Positions 56,276 to 64,000 of a stretch of DNA of 64,000 nucleotides are shown one piece after another. How positions within the stretch are numbered: position 1 is the first letter of the stretch; the number at the start of each line of letters is the position of its first letter. A model generated the notes under the pieces. It ran no database searches. It had not been told where the DNA came from and saw only the letters and a program-made list of their open reading frames with translations. This DNA comes from a virus (lineage: Duplodnaviria; Heunggongvirae; Uroviricota; Caudoviricetes), in IMG/VR virus record IMGVR_UViG_3300030434_000006, positions 955 through 64,954 of that record. The stretch is one strand, 5' to 3'. The translations under genes were made by a program, and so were the position numbers.

Positions 56276-56912
56276 GCGTACGCGCTCCCGCACACTGCCA
56301 GTCAGCGCAGCCTTCAAAGACATACGGATTGAGTTGCCAGTGAATGCGCCCACAGTCCGGGCAGTTGAGGCGCGTCTTTCCTGTGCCTGGCTTGCGGCGG
56401 CGGGCGCGGCTGATGTGCGCCGGTACTCGCAGACCAGCACCCTGCACCATGCGGCGATGATCCAGCATGGCAATGGGGAACGTGCGGCGCTTTACTGCGT
56501 CAGCCGTGGCGAACGGTAGCCAAACCAGCTCAGCCGTATCGCCCGGTCTATCGAAAATGGTCGCTTGTGTGAAGTCGGTCGTCGGCAGGCCGCCGTTGCG
56601 GAGCCAGTACAGATCATTGCCATCCCAGCGCCCTTTCTGAAATGCAACGTACTTACTGCAATCAGGAGTAATGACCGACTCACCGGGTACGTGCTGGTGG
56701 TCAACGTGAACGACGGCTAGCGCATCCACGCTGTCTGCGCAAACGGGTTGATCGATAGTGCGGCCTGTATTCCAGCGGCTCTGTGCTTCTGCCAGGGTAT
56801 AGACGTGTGCTTTTTCGATATTGGTGTTGTAGCCGTGACCATCGTGGCACCAGAAAGAGGCATTACTGCCTACCGTATCTCTGGTACAGATCATGTAAAA
56901 GCGGTCGCTCAT
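56268..56912 (-). CDS. hypothetical protein with C-terminal zinc ribbon
   Basis: 214 aa; FWCHDGHGY and NCPDCGRIHW...CADWQCAG. Confidence 0.3.
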   Translation of the reverse strand: MSDRFYMICTRDTVGSNASFWCHDGHGYNTNIEKAHVYTLAEAQSRWNTGRTIDQPVCADSVDALAVVHVDHQHVPGESVITPDCSKYVAFQKGRWDGNDLYWLRNGGLPTTDFTQATIFDRPGDTAELVWLPFATADAVKRRTFPIAMLDHRRMVQGAGLRVPAHISRARRRKPGTGKTRLNCPDCGRIHWQLNPYVFEGCADWQCAGARTHG

Positions 56913-57088
56913 CAGGCATCACCACTTTCACGGCTAAAGGCAATTACTACATGGTTTACAGCCTCCACAACGGCAGCAAACTGCGCCTTATTGACGCTGG
57001 TACCGGGATGGAGTCTTGCTATTTCAGCGAGTAAAGCACTGATGAGTAACGGCTGGCTCAGATTGAGGGATTTAGCAGTGCCGGTCAT
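56912..57088 (-). CDS. small alpha-helical protein, first gene of the minus-strand accessory operon
   Basis: 58 aa from ATG 57088 (the ORF track used TTG at 57115). Confidence 0.3.
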   Translation of the reverse strand: MTGTAKSLNLSQPLLISALLAEIARLHPGTSVNKAQFAAVVEAVNHVVIAFSRESGDA

Positions 57089-57098
57089 GTGTAATATT

Positions 57099-57114
57099 CC
57101 AGTGGTTAATTTCA
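57099..57114 (-). promoter_or_regulatory. TGAAATTAACCACTGG element 10 nt upstream of the ATG at 57088 (family copy c)
   Basis: identical 16-mer to 36835..36850. Confidence 0.45.
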
Positions 57115-57594
57115 ACCAGAAGTTTATTACATTCTAAAGATTATTTAAATTTAATGTTAACCTTGATTTTGACAGACAAAACTGAGACCCGCTGGCTTGA
57201 ACTGTAGCCAGCAGGGCATCAGATAAGCATAAATTTAAAACGGGATGTATCGGGGGATCAGCTTAAGGTATTCGATTTAGCTATGTAGGCGTCAAACGCG
57301 CGCAACATCGCGGGCAATCCGCACAAGGTTGCGACAGTTGCCAGCGCCAGTAATGCAAAGAAAAGCGTCATTAAAACAAAAGCAAAGTTTGCTGTGTCAG
57401 TCATATCCGTACAACTCCAAGCCAGAAAAAGTTAACGCATTTCATTGATTTATGCGCTTTCGGTTTTTTCTGATTGTATGCACACTCTAAGAGGCGATCA
57501 AGAAGTGATCAGCGCTACTACTAAAAGTAGTGGCACTAATCACTTTGAAGTTACACTTAAGTTAAATTACTGATAATGATGTACTTATCTCAAA

Positions 57595-58860
57595 TTATTT
57601 CATCCTTACGATGGGTAACTCTTCCCACCGCGTCAGATAGCGCGGAGATAACATTTCCCTCTTCATCTGGTAGGCCGGATTGACACCCTGACCGGCAATA
57701 AAAAGTGTGCCGCGCTGGTAGCTATTCAGCTTGTCCATCACGGCCATCAGCTTATCGCTGCCGGGGCGCGGCGGTGACTCGTCAAAAAGGTTCAGTTGCT
57801 GCTCTGAGCCGCAGAACTCCCCAAGCATCACTCCGGCCTTCGCATACTCATAGCCGTCCCGCCAGATAGCTCTGAGGCCGCGCACGGCTGCATCAATCAG
57901 ATCGCGGGTATCCTGTGTGGCCGTCGTAAACGAATGGCTGGCGCCGCGTGAATAATACGGGCGGCGCGGATCGTGTTTGCTGGTCTGGATGAATACCGTG
58001 ATATTCCGGCAGTACTGCTTTTCACGCCGCAGCTTTTCACCGGCGCTGGTGGCAAAGAAGCACACGGCGTTACTTACTTCATCCAGGCTGGTGAGGCGTT
58101 TGCCGAACGAACGGCTTACCACCAGCTGCTGCTTAGTCGGCGGGTTCTCTTCGAGCTCGAAGCAGCGTTCGCCGCGCAGCTCCCGTACGGTGCGCTCCAG
58201 CATCACATTGAAGTTTTTGCGGATCATGGTTGTGTCAGCGCGGGCAAGGTCGAGCATCGTCTTGATGTTCATCAGCTGCAGCCTGGCCCCTATCTTTCTG
58301 CCGACGCCCCACGTCTCGGAGACGTCGAGCAGTGATAGCAGCTTGTCGCGCCGTTTCGGGTCGGTCAGCACCACCACGCCGCCTGTTTTAGGCCAGGTCT
58401 TTGCTGCGTGCGTGGCTACCTTGCAGAGCGTCTTTGTCTCGGCTATCCCTATTCCGCACTTCATCGTGGTGTGCTGGATAACGGTGCGCCGGATCTCTTC
58501 TCCGAATGTCTGGAAGTCCACCAGCTTTTCCATGCCGTCCAGAGAGCCAAACACTTCGTCGATCGAGTACGCTTCCAGGTTCGGGACATACTCGCCCACT
58601 ATCGTATGGAAACGCTTGCTGAATGCGTCATACAGCGTGTAGTTGCTGCTGAACACCACCACGCCGTAGCGCCGGATGGTATCGCGGATTTTAAACAGCG
58701 GATCGCCCCGCTTCAGGCCTACGTTTTTCGCCTCGCGGTTCAGCGCCGCAATACAGCCGTCATTGTTGGTCGCCACCACGACAGGACGCCCGTACAGGTC
58801 CGGCCTGAATGCCAGCTCGGCCGACACGTAGAAGGCGTTAACGTCACTGTGCAGGAACAT
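57595..58860 (-). CDS. umuC: Y-family DNA polymerase subunit UmuC-like (second copy)
   Basis: MFLHSDVNAFYVSAELAFRPDLYGRPVVVATNNDGCIAALNREAKNVGLKRGDPLF. Confidence 0.85.
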   Translation of the reverse strand: MFLHSDVNAFYVSAELAFRPDLYGRPVVVATNNDGCIAALNREAKNVGLKRGDPLFKIRDTIRRYGVVVFSSNYTLYDAFSKRFHTIVGEYVPNLEAYSIDEVFGSLDGMEKLVDFQTFGEEIRRTVIQHTTMKCGIGIAETKTLCKVATHAAKTWPKTGGVVVLTDPKRRDKLLSLLDVSETWGVGRKIGARLQLMNIKTMLDLARADTTMIRKNFNVMLERTVRELRGERCFELEENPPTKQQLVVSRSFGKRLTSLDEVSNAVCFFATSAGEKLRREKQYCRNITVFIQTSKHDPRRPYYSRGASHSFTTATQDTRDLIDAAVRGLRAIWRDGYEYAKAGVMLGEFCGSEQQLNLFDESPPRPGSDKLMAVMDKLNSYQRGTLFIAGQGVNPAYQMKREMLSPRYLTRWEELPIVRMK

Positions 58861-59290
58861 TGTCAGTACGGTGGATGACGTATGTCACCACCCCCCATAT
58901 TTCCAGACCATCAGGCTCGACAGGGATCGGCTTATAGCGCGGGTTCATGGCCAGCAGCATCGGTACTGGCCTCAGCTGCAGCTTTTTTACCGTAAACTCC
59001 CCGTCCACAGAGGCAATCACGATCTGGCCGTCTGCCGCCGCCTTCGATTTATCCACCACCAGCAGATCGCCGTCAAAAATACCGGCCCCGATCATTGACT
59101 CACCCTCGCAGCGCACAAAATAAGTGGCCGTTTTGGCCCTGACGCAATACTCGTTCAGATCCAGCGGAGTGTCTTCGTACCCGATGGCAGGAGACGGAAA
59201 ACCCGCTGCTACCGTTTCAATAAACTGCCTGAAAGCCTGTCTGGGCGCGGCTTCGTCAGGTATTGCTATTATCTCTAAGCGCATAATCAC
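58844..59290 (-). CDS. umuD: UmuD-like S24 peptidase (full length)
   Basis: 148 aa, GTG start; Ser/Lys dyad context GESMIGAGI...VVDKSK; overlaps umuC by 17 nt. Confidence 0.6.
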   Translation of the reverse strand: MIMRLEIIAIPDEAAPRQAFRQFIETVAAGFPSPAIGYEDTPLDLNEYCVRAKTATYFVRCEGESMIGAGIFDGDLLVVDKSKAAADGQIVIASVDGEFTVKKLQLRPVPMLLAMNPRYKPIPVEPDGLEIWGVVTYVIHRTDNVPAQ

Positions 59291-59301
59291 CCCTCCTTTA
59301 C

Positions 59302-59320
59302 ACTGTATAAAAATACAGTA
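59302..59320 (-). promoter_or_regulatory. LexA box ACTGTATAAAAATACAGTA
   Basis: CTGT-N8-ACAG with an AT-rich spacer, 12 nt upstream of the umuD-like start. Confidence 0.7.
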
Positions 59321-59403
59321 TAAGTTTAGAAGTATGGAATTGACCAGTGGATGATTTCATATAAGAATATGTACATTCTAAAATTTTATGAATTTTTGCA
59401 CTT

Positions 59404-59619
59404 ATGAAATTAGGTTTGAAGCAGATCGAATTAGACAAAATGCGCGGCTATTGGAAAGCAAAAGGCTTTGTAGAAGCAGGCAGAACTGAGCCGCTGCGTA
59501 TCAACCGCACCGACTGCTACATCACGTTTCAACGTAAAAACTGGGTATGTATAGACCTGAAGGGTAATACCATTAATAGCAGGCCAATGCTTTTTGCTCT
59601 GCTAAAACACACACTCTAA
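59404..59619 (+). CDS. hypothetical small protein (low-GC segment)
   Basis: 71 aa. Confidence 0.25.
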   Translation: MKLGLKQIELDKMRGYWKAKGFVEAGRTEPLRINRTDCYITFQRKNWVCIDLKGNTINSRPMLFALLKHTL

Positions 59620-59967
59620 ACTTCCACACAATTCTGCGTTTATCTCTGCCTGCGCAAGTCATGTTCTCATAGCTTGCGCTACCTTCCTCACGACTAATCA
59701 TCAGGGGGCTTTTTTAGTCCTTTTTTTGGTCTGTGACATTTACAAAAACATTTTTCGGGCTGCAAGGTGCATCGTGGCTGGCTTTGCTCATCTTGCATGA
59801 TTACAGAACGTAAAACCCTATATATGGCGGGCTTGCGCGAGAATAACTGCTACACATATCATCCTGTTTAAGAGAGAGATGGATAGTGCTGTGCCGGTCA
59901 ACACGGACTCCCTGAAAAGCAGGGTAAGATGATTGCAAAAGCCGAGGAAATAGCCTTATTTCAGGCA

Positions 59968-59995
59968 CAAAAAAACCGCCCAAAGGCGGCTTTTT
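59968..59995. terminator. hairpin terminator
   Basis: A8-ccgcc-caaa-ggcgg-ctttttt. Confidence 0.6.
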
Positions 59996-60152
59996 TGAAA
60001 GTGATGCAGCCAGAAGGCTCCACCCTTCTTTCTGCTCACCGGCGAAATTTTTTCTATCCCGCAGGCGATTACTTTGCTCAGGCTCAGTATACGCATAGGG
60101 GTTACGATAACAAGGTCCGTAACAAAATAAGATACACGTCACGTATGTCTTA

Positions 60153-60209
60153 TGTGGATAAACACTACAGCCACGTTCATGGTGAGTAACGTTGTGGATA
60201 AACACTACA
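60153..60209 (+). repeat. two direct 17-bp repeats TGTGGATAAACACTACA, each with a perfect DnaA box (TTATCCACA on the minus strand)
   Basis: copies at 60153 and 60193; a degenerate iteron-like TTCATGGTGAG lies between them. Confidence 0.6.
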
Positions 60210-60517
60210 TCTTGGGGTTATTGAGTATTACACCATCAATATACAGGCCTGAACTAGATGATTTATTGATATGCGGCAAGCGATATTTATACCTAAATCG
60301 CAAATATACAGTTAGGTAACATTGCATTTGTAGGTAATCATATATCTGTTCCACGTCACCAGGCACTCCAATCCTGGCACCGGTGAACGCATGGCGTGGC
60401 CACTAAAATTCCGTAAAGCTCGTAGGCGATTACTTTGCTCAAAGTATCTCTGCGGGTCTGATGTAATAACGTCGCCGGTGGCGCGATTCATCAGCGGAAC
60501 GACAGAGGAAAGGCCAA

Positions 60518-60655
60518 ATGAGTCGATTAAAAATCGTCTCCCTGTCTGTGTCAGTACTTTTGACACTTGCAGGAGTGGTTGCAGCTTCTGGTAGTGCTGG
60601 ATGGTCTGTAACGACAAACATCATTACCCAAATCACCGTTAACCACGGCAAATAA
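60518..60655 (+). CDS. small secreted-peptide candidate (45 aa), not in the ORF track
   Basis: MSRLKIVSLSVSVLLTLAGVVAASGSAGWSVTTNIITQITVNHGK; SD GGAAAGG; signal-peptide-like N-terminus; terminator follows. Confidence 0.3.
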   Translation: MSRLKIVSLSVSVLLTLAGVVAASGSAGWSVTTNIITQITVNHGK

Positions 60656-60656
60656 A

Positions 60657-60684
60657 ACAAGCCGCCTTCGGGCGGCTTTTTTTA
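60657..60684 (+). terminator. rho-independent terminator
   Basis: gccgcc-ttcg-ggcggc followed by T7. Confidence 0.75.
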
Positions 60685-60699
60685 TGCTCTTTCCGCCAT

Positions 60700-61135
60700 G
60701 TTGTCAGATTCATGGTAGTCAGCGCCAATGTTGCTCTGTTCATGGTGAAGAGCCTCTATTCCCGGAAATTCAGCATAACTCCAGCCGTAGCTGGTGGACT
60801 TACCATGAATCCAGCAACATCCCCATGAAACCAGCAACATTCTCCGTTAAGCATGGCCTAAGCTCTTTGAGTGCTTTCGTCATGGTCATAGCCTTGCATA
60901 GCTACTGTGTCAGAGTTGTTGCTGGTTTCATGGTGAGTGCCTGAAGGAGCATGGTGTACATTGCTGGTTTCATGGTAATTCGCTATATAAATCACAGTAA
61001 ATGTTGTTGGTTTCATGGTAACGAAGGGCTTTCGAGCAAAAAATACTCTGTATCGAATGACCACTAGCATTAATCGCCGGTACTCCAGCAACGCTTCCAT
61101 GAAACCAACAACACCAGCCATGAAACCAGCAATTA
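60700..61135. repeat. incA-like control locus: 7 clear plus about 2 degenerate iterons CCATGAAACCARCAAY, in both orientations
   Basis: copies at 60802(+), 60823(+), 60917(-), 60961(-), 61005(-), 61096(+) and 61118(+); lies immediately 3-prime of repA, as in P1. Confidence 0.75.
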
Positions 61136-62017
61136 TTATTCTTTGTGTGGCAGAAGGTCAGGCTTACGTGAGTGAATCTGGAAGTAGACCGCGCCATTCT
61201 TCTTAACTTCTGTAAACGACAGGTATCCAATGTCAGCCAGCTCTTTCATGGCTTTACGGACAACGTTGTTCTGAGTGCTGATAGTGGAGTTCAGGTTGAG
61301 GCGATCACGAAGACGCTCTAACGACACTTGTAGGAAGCCGGTAGGCAGACTCTCAATGTACACATAGAGAGCCTGTGCCGACTCTTTACGCGGCAGTGCC
61401 TGGATTGCTTTTAGCTGGAGTAACACCTTGTGATCAAAGGCGTAAAGCTCCCATAGCCGGGAATCCCCTTCCAGAGTGATGATGTCTTTCTCAGTATCAA
61501 AATGGGCGCTATTAAGCAGGTGCGTAATCGTCGCTTTACTGCCGTCTTTATTTTTAAACGAGACAACAAGCGAGGCCAGTCTTAGAAATGAGTTGAAGAA
61601 GCGATCACGCGAACGCTGGTTAATATCATCGACGGCGATTCCACAGAGCTTTGCAAATTCGGTAAACGGTAGCTTAATGCGGTTGCTATCAGCGCCGTAC
61701 TTACTGAATGCCCGGATAGCACCAATCCACGTCTTAAAATCAGTGCTCATATCGAGCCTGCTGCCCTTAATCATGATATTGGTGTAACCCTCAGCTTTCG
61801 CTATCTCAAGCTGGCCGAAGTCTTCAGAGGCATCAATAGTAGCATTGCCACGCTGGGGCTTATTGCGGACGGCTGGCACAAATACACCCAAACGCATCAA
61901 CGCTATCGGCTGCACAGTCCGATTTGCTGTAGGTGTCAGTGTATAACTTTTAGCTTCCTGCTCAGCGCTATACACCAGAGCATCGCCTATCGTCTTGATT
62001 TCTTCGTCGTTTTCCAT
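61136..62017 (-). CDS. repA: P1-type plasmid replication initiator RepA
   Basis: 293 aa; NRTVQPIALMRLGVFVP, FGQLEIAKAEGY, RLDMSTDFKTWIGAI, WELYAFDHKVLLQ, LPRKESAQALYVYIESLP and HSRKPDL align with P1 RepA (286 aa). Confidence 0.85.
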   Translation of the reverse strand: MENDEEIKTIGDALVYSAEQEAKSYTLTPTANRTVQPIALMRLGVFVPAVRNKPQRGNATIDASEDFGQLEIAKAEGYTNIMIKGSRLDMSTDFKTWIGAIRAFSKYGADSNRIKLPFTEFAKLCGIAVDDINQRSRDRFFNSFLRLASLVVSFKNKDGSKATITHLLNSAHFDTEKDIITLEGDSRLWELYAFDHKVLLQLKAIQALPRKESAQALYVYIESLPTGFLQVSLERLRDRLNLNSTISTQNNVVRKAMKELADIGYLSFTEVKKNGAVYFQIHSRKPDLLPHKE

Positions 62018-62057
62018 CGAAACAACCTTCTATCGGTCAATGTGGGTAATTAGCTGT

Positions 62058-62300
62058 CCTACCATGAAACCAGCAACACCCTACCATGAAACCAACAACA
62101 TTCACCATGAAACCAACAATGTTTACCATGAAACCAGCAATGTCTACCATGAAACCAGCAACGCAAAACGTGAAATTTATATTTAAAATCATGTAATTAC
62201 ATCAACGGTGATCTTCTTTGATCTAAATAGGATCTATATAGGATCGATTTATATGATCTATCCAGTGGATAAGTGGATAACCTGCCGTGCTGATTAACTA
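62058..62300. other. oriR-like origin: 5 direct 21-bp iterons, AT-rich segment with 5 GATC, two DnaA-box-like repeats
   Basis: iterons at 62061, 62083, 62104, 62125 and 62146; GATC at 62210, 62220, 62231, 62242 and 62255; AGTGGATAA x2 at 62263..62280. Confidence 0.75.
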
Positions 62301-62358
62301 AGTGCCATAACCAGTGGACAATTACGGATTGCTTTACAGATTCCGCGAGGTGATCAAC

Positions 62359-62380
62359 AATCTAAAAAATATTTTAGATT
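62359..62380. promoter_or_regulatory. perfect 9-4-9 palindrome AATCTAAAA-AATA-TTTTAGATT
   Basis: 11 nt upstream of the ATG at 62391; same half-site family as 42647 and the IRs at 28364/29754. Confidence 0.45.
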
Positions 62381-62390
62381 TGGTTAAATC

Positions 62391-63047
62391 ATGGAAAGTG
62401 CAGATTTTCAGGCCGCACGGGAAAAGCAGGTAAAAGCACAGCAACGCCAACGAGAAAGACACGCAGCAAAACTAGCTGACCCGGAGTTTCGCCAGCAGCA
62501 GTACGCAAAGCAGAAAGCCAGCAGTAGCAGGATGCTTGCCAAACAAATTGAAAAGCGTAATTCCCCGGAGTGGATCGCACAGCAAAAAACCAAAGCGGCA
62601 AAACGCGCTGTAAGCGCATCTGAGCGTCTGAAAGAAAAAAAACCAGCACCAGTAGCAGCGAAACGGCAAACACGCGCCAGCACGTCAGGCAGAGGCCTTA
62701 AAGGACGCACACCGACCGCTGCCGAGCGCGTTGTTATGGATGCGCTGGGAAAGCTGCCCTGCATTGCCTGCCTCCAGCACGGGAAAGAGTCATTGCTTAT
62801 CAGCCTGCATCACATCGAAGGGCGAACTAAACCAGGCGCGCACCTTTTGCAGATCCCCCTTTGTGATCACCACCACCAGCACGCGGCACCAGCCGCAATT
62901 CGTGCAGATTTCCCCTGGCTAGTACCTGTACATGCGGACGGAATTACAGGCGGCAAGGCTGAGTTCTCCCGGCATAACGGCACTGAGAGTGAATTAATGG
63001 CTAAAGCCTATGTGCTGGCGGGTATAGATTTGATGCTGAATAACTAA
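62391..63047 (+). CDS. HNH-like nuclease-domain protein, possibly Ref-like
   Basis: 218 aa; disordered K/R/Q-rich N-terminal third, then a Cys/His cluster CIACLQHGKESLLISLHHIEGRTK...CDHHHQH; architecture recalls P1 Ref. Confidence 0.3.
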   Translation: MESADFQAAREKQVKAQQRQRERHAAKLADPEFRQQQYAKQKASSSRMLAKQIEKRNSPEWIAQQKTKAAKRAVSASERLKEKKPAPVAAKRQTRASTSGRGLKGRTPTAAERVVMDALGKLPCIACLQHGKESLLISLHHIEGRTKPGAHLLQIPLCDHHHQHAAPAAIRADFPWLVPVHADGITGGKAEFSRHNGTESELMAKAYVLAGIDLMLNN

Positions 63048-63117
63048 GTTTGTGAGTAGACGCTGAAACTAAACTCATTATTATACTTAACGTTTACTCA
63101 ACAATCTGGAGATTGAA

Positions 63118-63546
63118 ATGGCGATACTGGCAAGGGTGAAATGGAAAGCAGGCAACTATCCTAATTCGGATGGGGGCAAATACTTAGCTGAACTGTTCTA
63201 CTATGACGGTAAAAATCTGGTTAAAAAAGATACCAACACTGATCTAACAGAGCACTTAAACTATGAGTGTAAAATCCAGCTTTATCGCAGCCAGCAAACT
63301 ACTGCGCCAGAAACCATCTATAAAAATACGTTCTCAAGCCTGCAATCAGCTTTAAACTTTTTTAACAGTCTAGTTAGTGCCACAGGTGCGCAACATTGCG
63401 ACGCTACAAGAGAACATGATTTCATTGCTCCAGTTTTTACTAACAAAGAACTAACCAATACCATTATTGAAAAGTTAGACGAAGCAGTTCAGCGAATAAC
63501 TGGCAGTATCGAAGAGTTGGCAGAGGCTACGGCCCGCAGCAAATAA
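63118..63546 (+). CDS. hypothetical protein
   Basis: 142 aa, AT-rich gene; terminator follows. Confidence 0.3.
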   Translation: MAILARVKWKAGNYPNSDGGKYLAELFYYDGKNLVKKDTNTDLTEHLNYECKIQLYRSQQTTAPETIYKNTFSSLQSALNFFNSLVSATGAQHCDATREHDFIAPVFTNKELTNTIIEKLDEAVQRITGSIEELAEATARSK

Positions 63547-63560
63547 GCACGAACTCTTAA

Positions 63561-63588
63561 AAGGCCGCTAATCAGCGGCCTTTTTTAT
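63561..63588 (+). terminator. rho-independent terminator
   Basis: aaaaggccgct-aatc-agcggcctttt followed by a T-run. Confidence 0.7.
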
Positions 63589-63768
63589 TTTCAAAAAAAC
63601 TTCTTGACCCGTAACTACGCAAAGTACAAACCGCTTACAGTCGCCCCAAGCTGTTAGCGGTTCCCTGATGGAATTTTTGACAACTTACCTAATCTGCAAC
63701 GCGCGGTTGGGAACGTTAAAAGCCAGAGAGGCCGCTATATGCGGCCTTTCGCCTTTTCAGGGGTACAG

Positions 63769-64000
63769 ACGTGAAACAGAAAATCGCAGTAATCAGCCTT
63801 TCCACCAGCCAGCCGATGGCAATCACCGCCATTTACGAGGATCACACGCTCGTTATGTCAAAGCCGCAGACGCTGCCAAAGGGCATGCGAAAGCAGCTGG
63901 TTAAACTTGCCCCTTTCGTCGAGGCACTTCGCAAGCAGGGCTTTAAAGTGCTGGTGGATGAAGCCACTGGCAAAGTGGCAAACGAGGTAGGCGGCAACCA
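63769..64000 (+). CDS. hypothetical protein, truncated by the window end
   Basis: GTG-initiated ORF running off the end of the window. Confidence 0.2.

Noticed and set aside
60684-60944. 86-aa ORF and other ORFs within 60700..61230
   Set aside because: They lie entirely within the iteron array (incA-like), so they are artefacts
60700-62170. CRISPR-like appearance of repeated CCATGAAACCAGCAAC units
   Set aside because: Units occur in both orientations with irregular spacing, flank a RepA gene, and have no conserved repeat-spacer periodicity; they are iterons

Overview
This window looks like the core of a P1-like temperate myophage-plasmid from an enterobacterial host, at roughly 52-55% GC. 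All assignments come from reading the sequence and recalling protein families from memory; no database search was run. Left to right I see a P2/P1-style baseplate and tail-fibre module: a W-like protein, a J-like protein, an I-position protein, an R-position protein, a 1264-aa tail fibre with a P2 H / T4 gp37-type C-terminus, and an overlapping chaperone. It is followed by a lydA/lydB/darA-like late operon, with holin-like and internal-head-protein-sized genes carrying PQPE linkers. Next is a lambda R-type lytic transglycosylase. Head genes sit on the minus strand (a 565-aa and a 333-aa protein). A 2289-aa DarB-like protein fuses an N6-adenine methyltransferase to an SNF2 helicase. After that come an accessory block with a VRR-NUC nuclease, a 1.4-kb ORF-free structured region holding a truncated tRNA-like element, and an SPFH lipoprotein. 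Then a ParM/ParR partition operon. PacA/PacB-like terminase genes follow, with a Dam-hexamer pac-like site inside pacA. A Cre-like recombinase (343 aa) sits downstream of a 14-8-14 lox-like inverted repeat. Further right are a dUTPase and two separate umuDC-like operons; one starts with a pre-processed UmuD-prime, the other has a good LexA box. There is a low-GC island with a GT17-like glycosyltransferase, and a 13-gene minus-strand operon of unknowns that includes a small DPPH N6A-methyltransferase and an ASCH protein. The window ends with a P1-type RepA replicon (DnaA boxes, 5 GATC, 5 iterons, repA, then 7-9 incA-like iterons) and an HNH/Ref-like gene. Three recurring DNA motif families not explained by the coding features are reported. 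The first is an 18-bp element upstream of five late operons. The second is a 16-bp asymmetric element abutting start codons. The third is a family of 9-4-9 palindromes, two of which form a perfect 21-bp inverted repeat flanking one gene.
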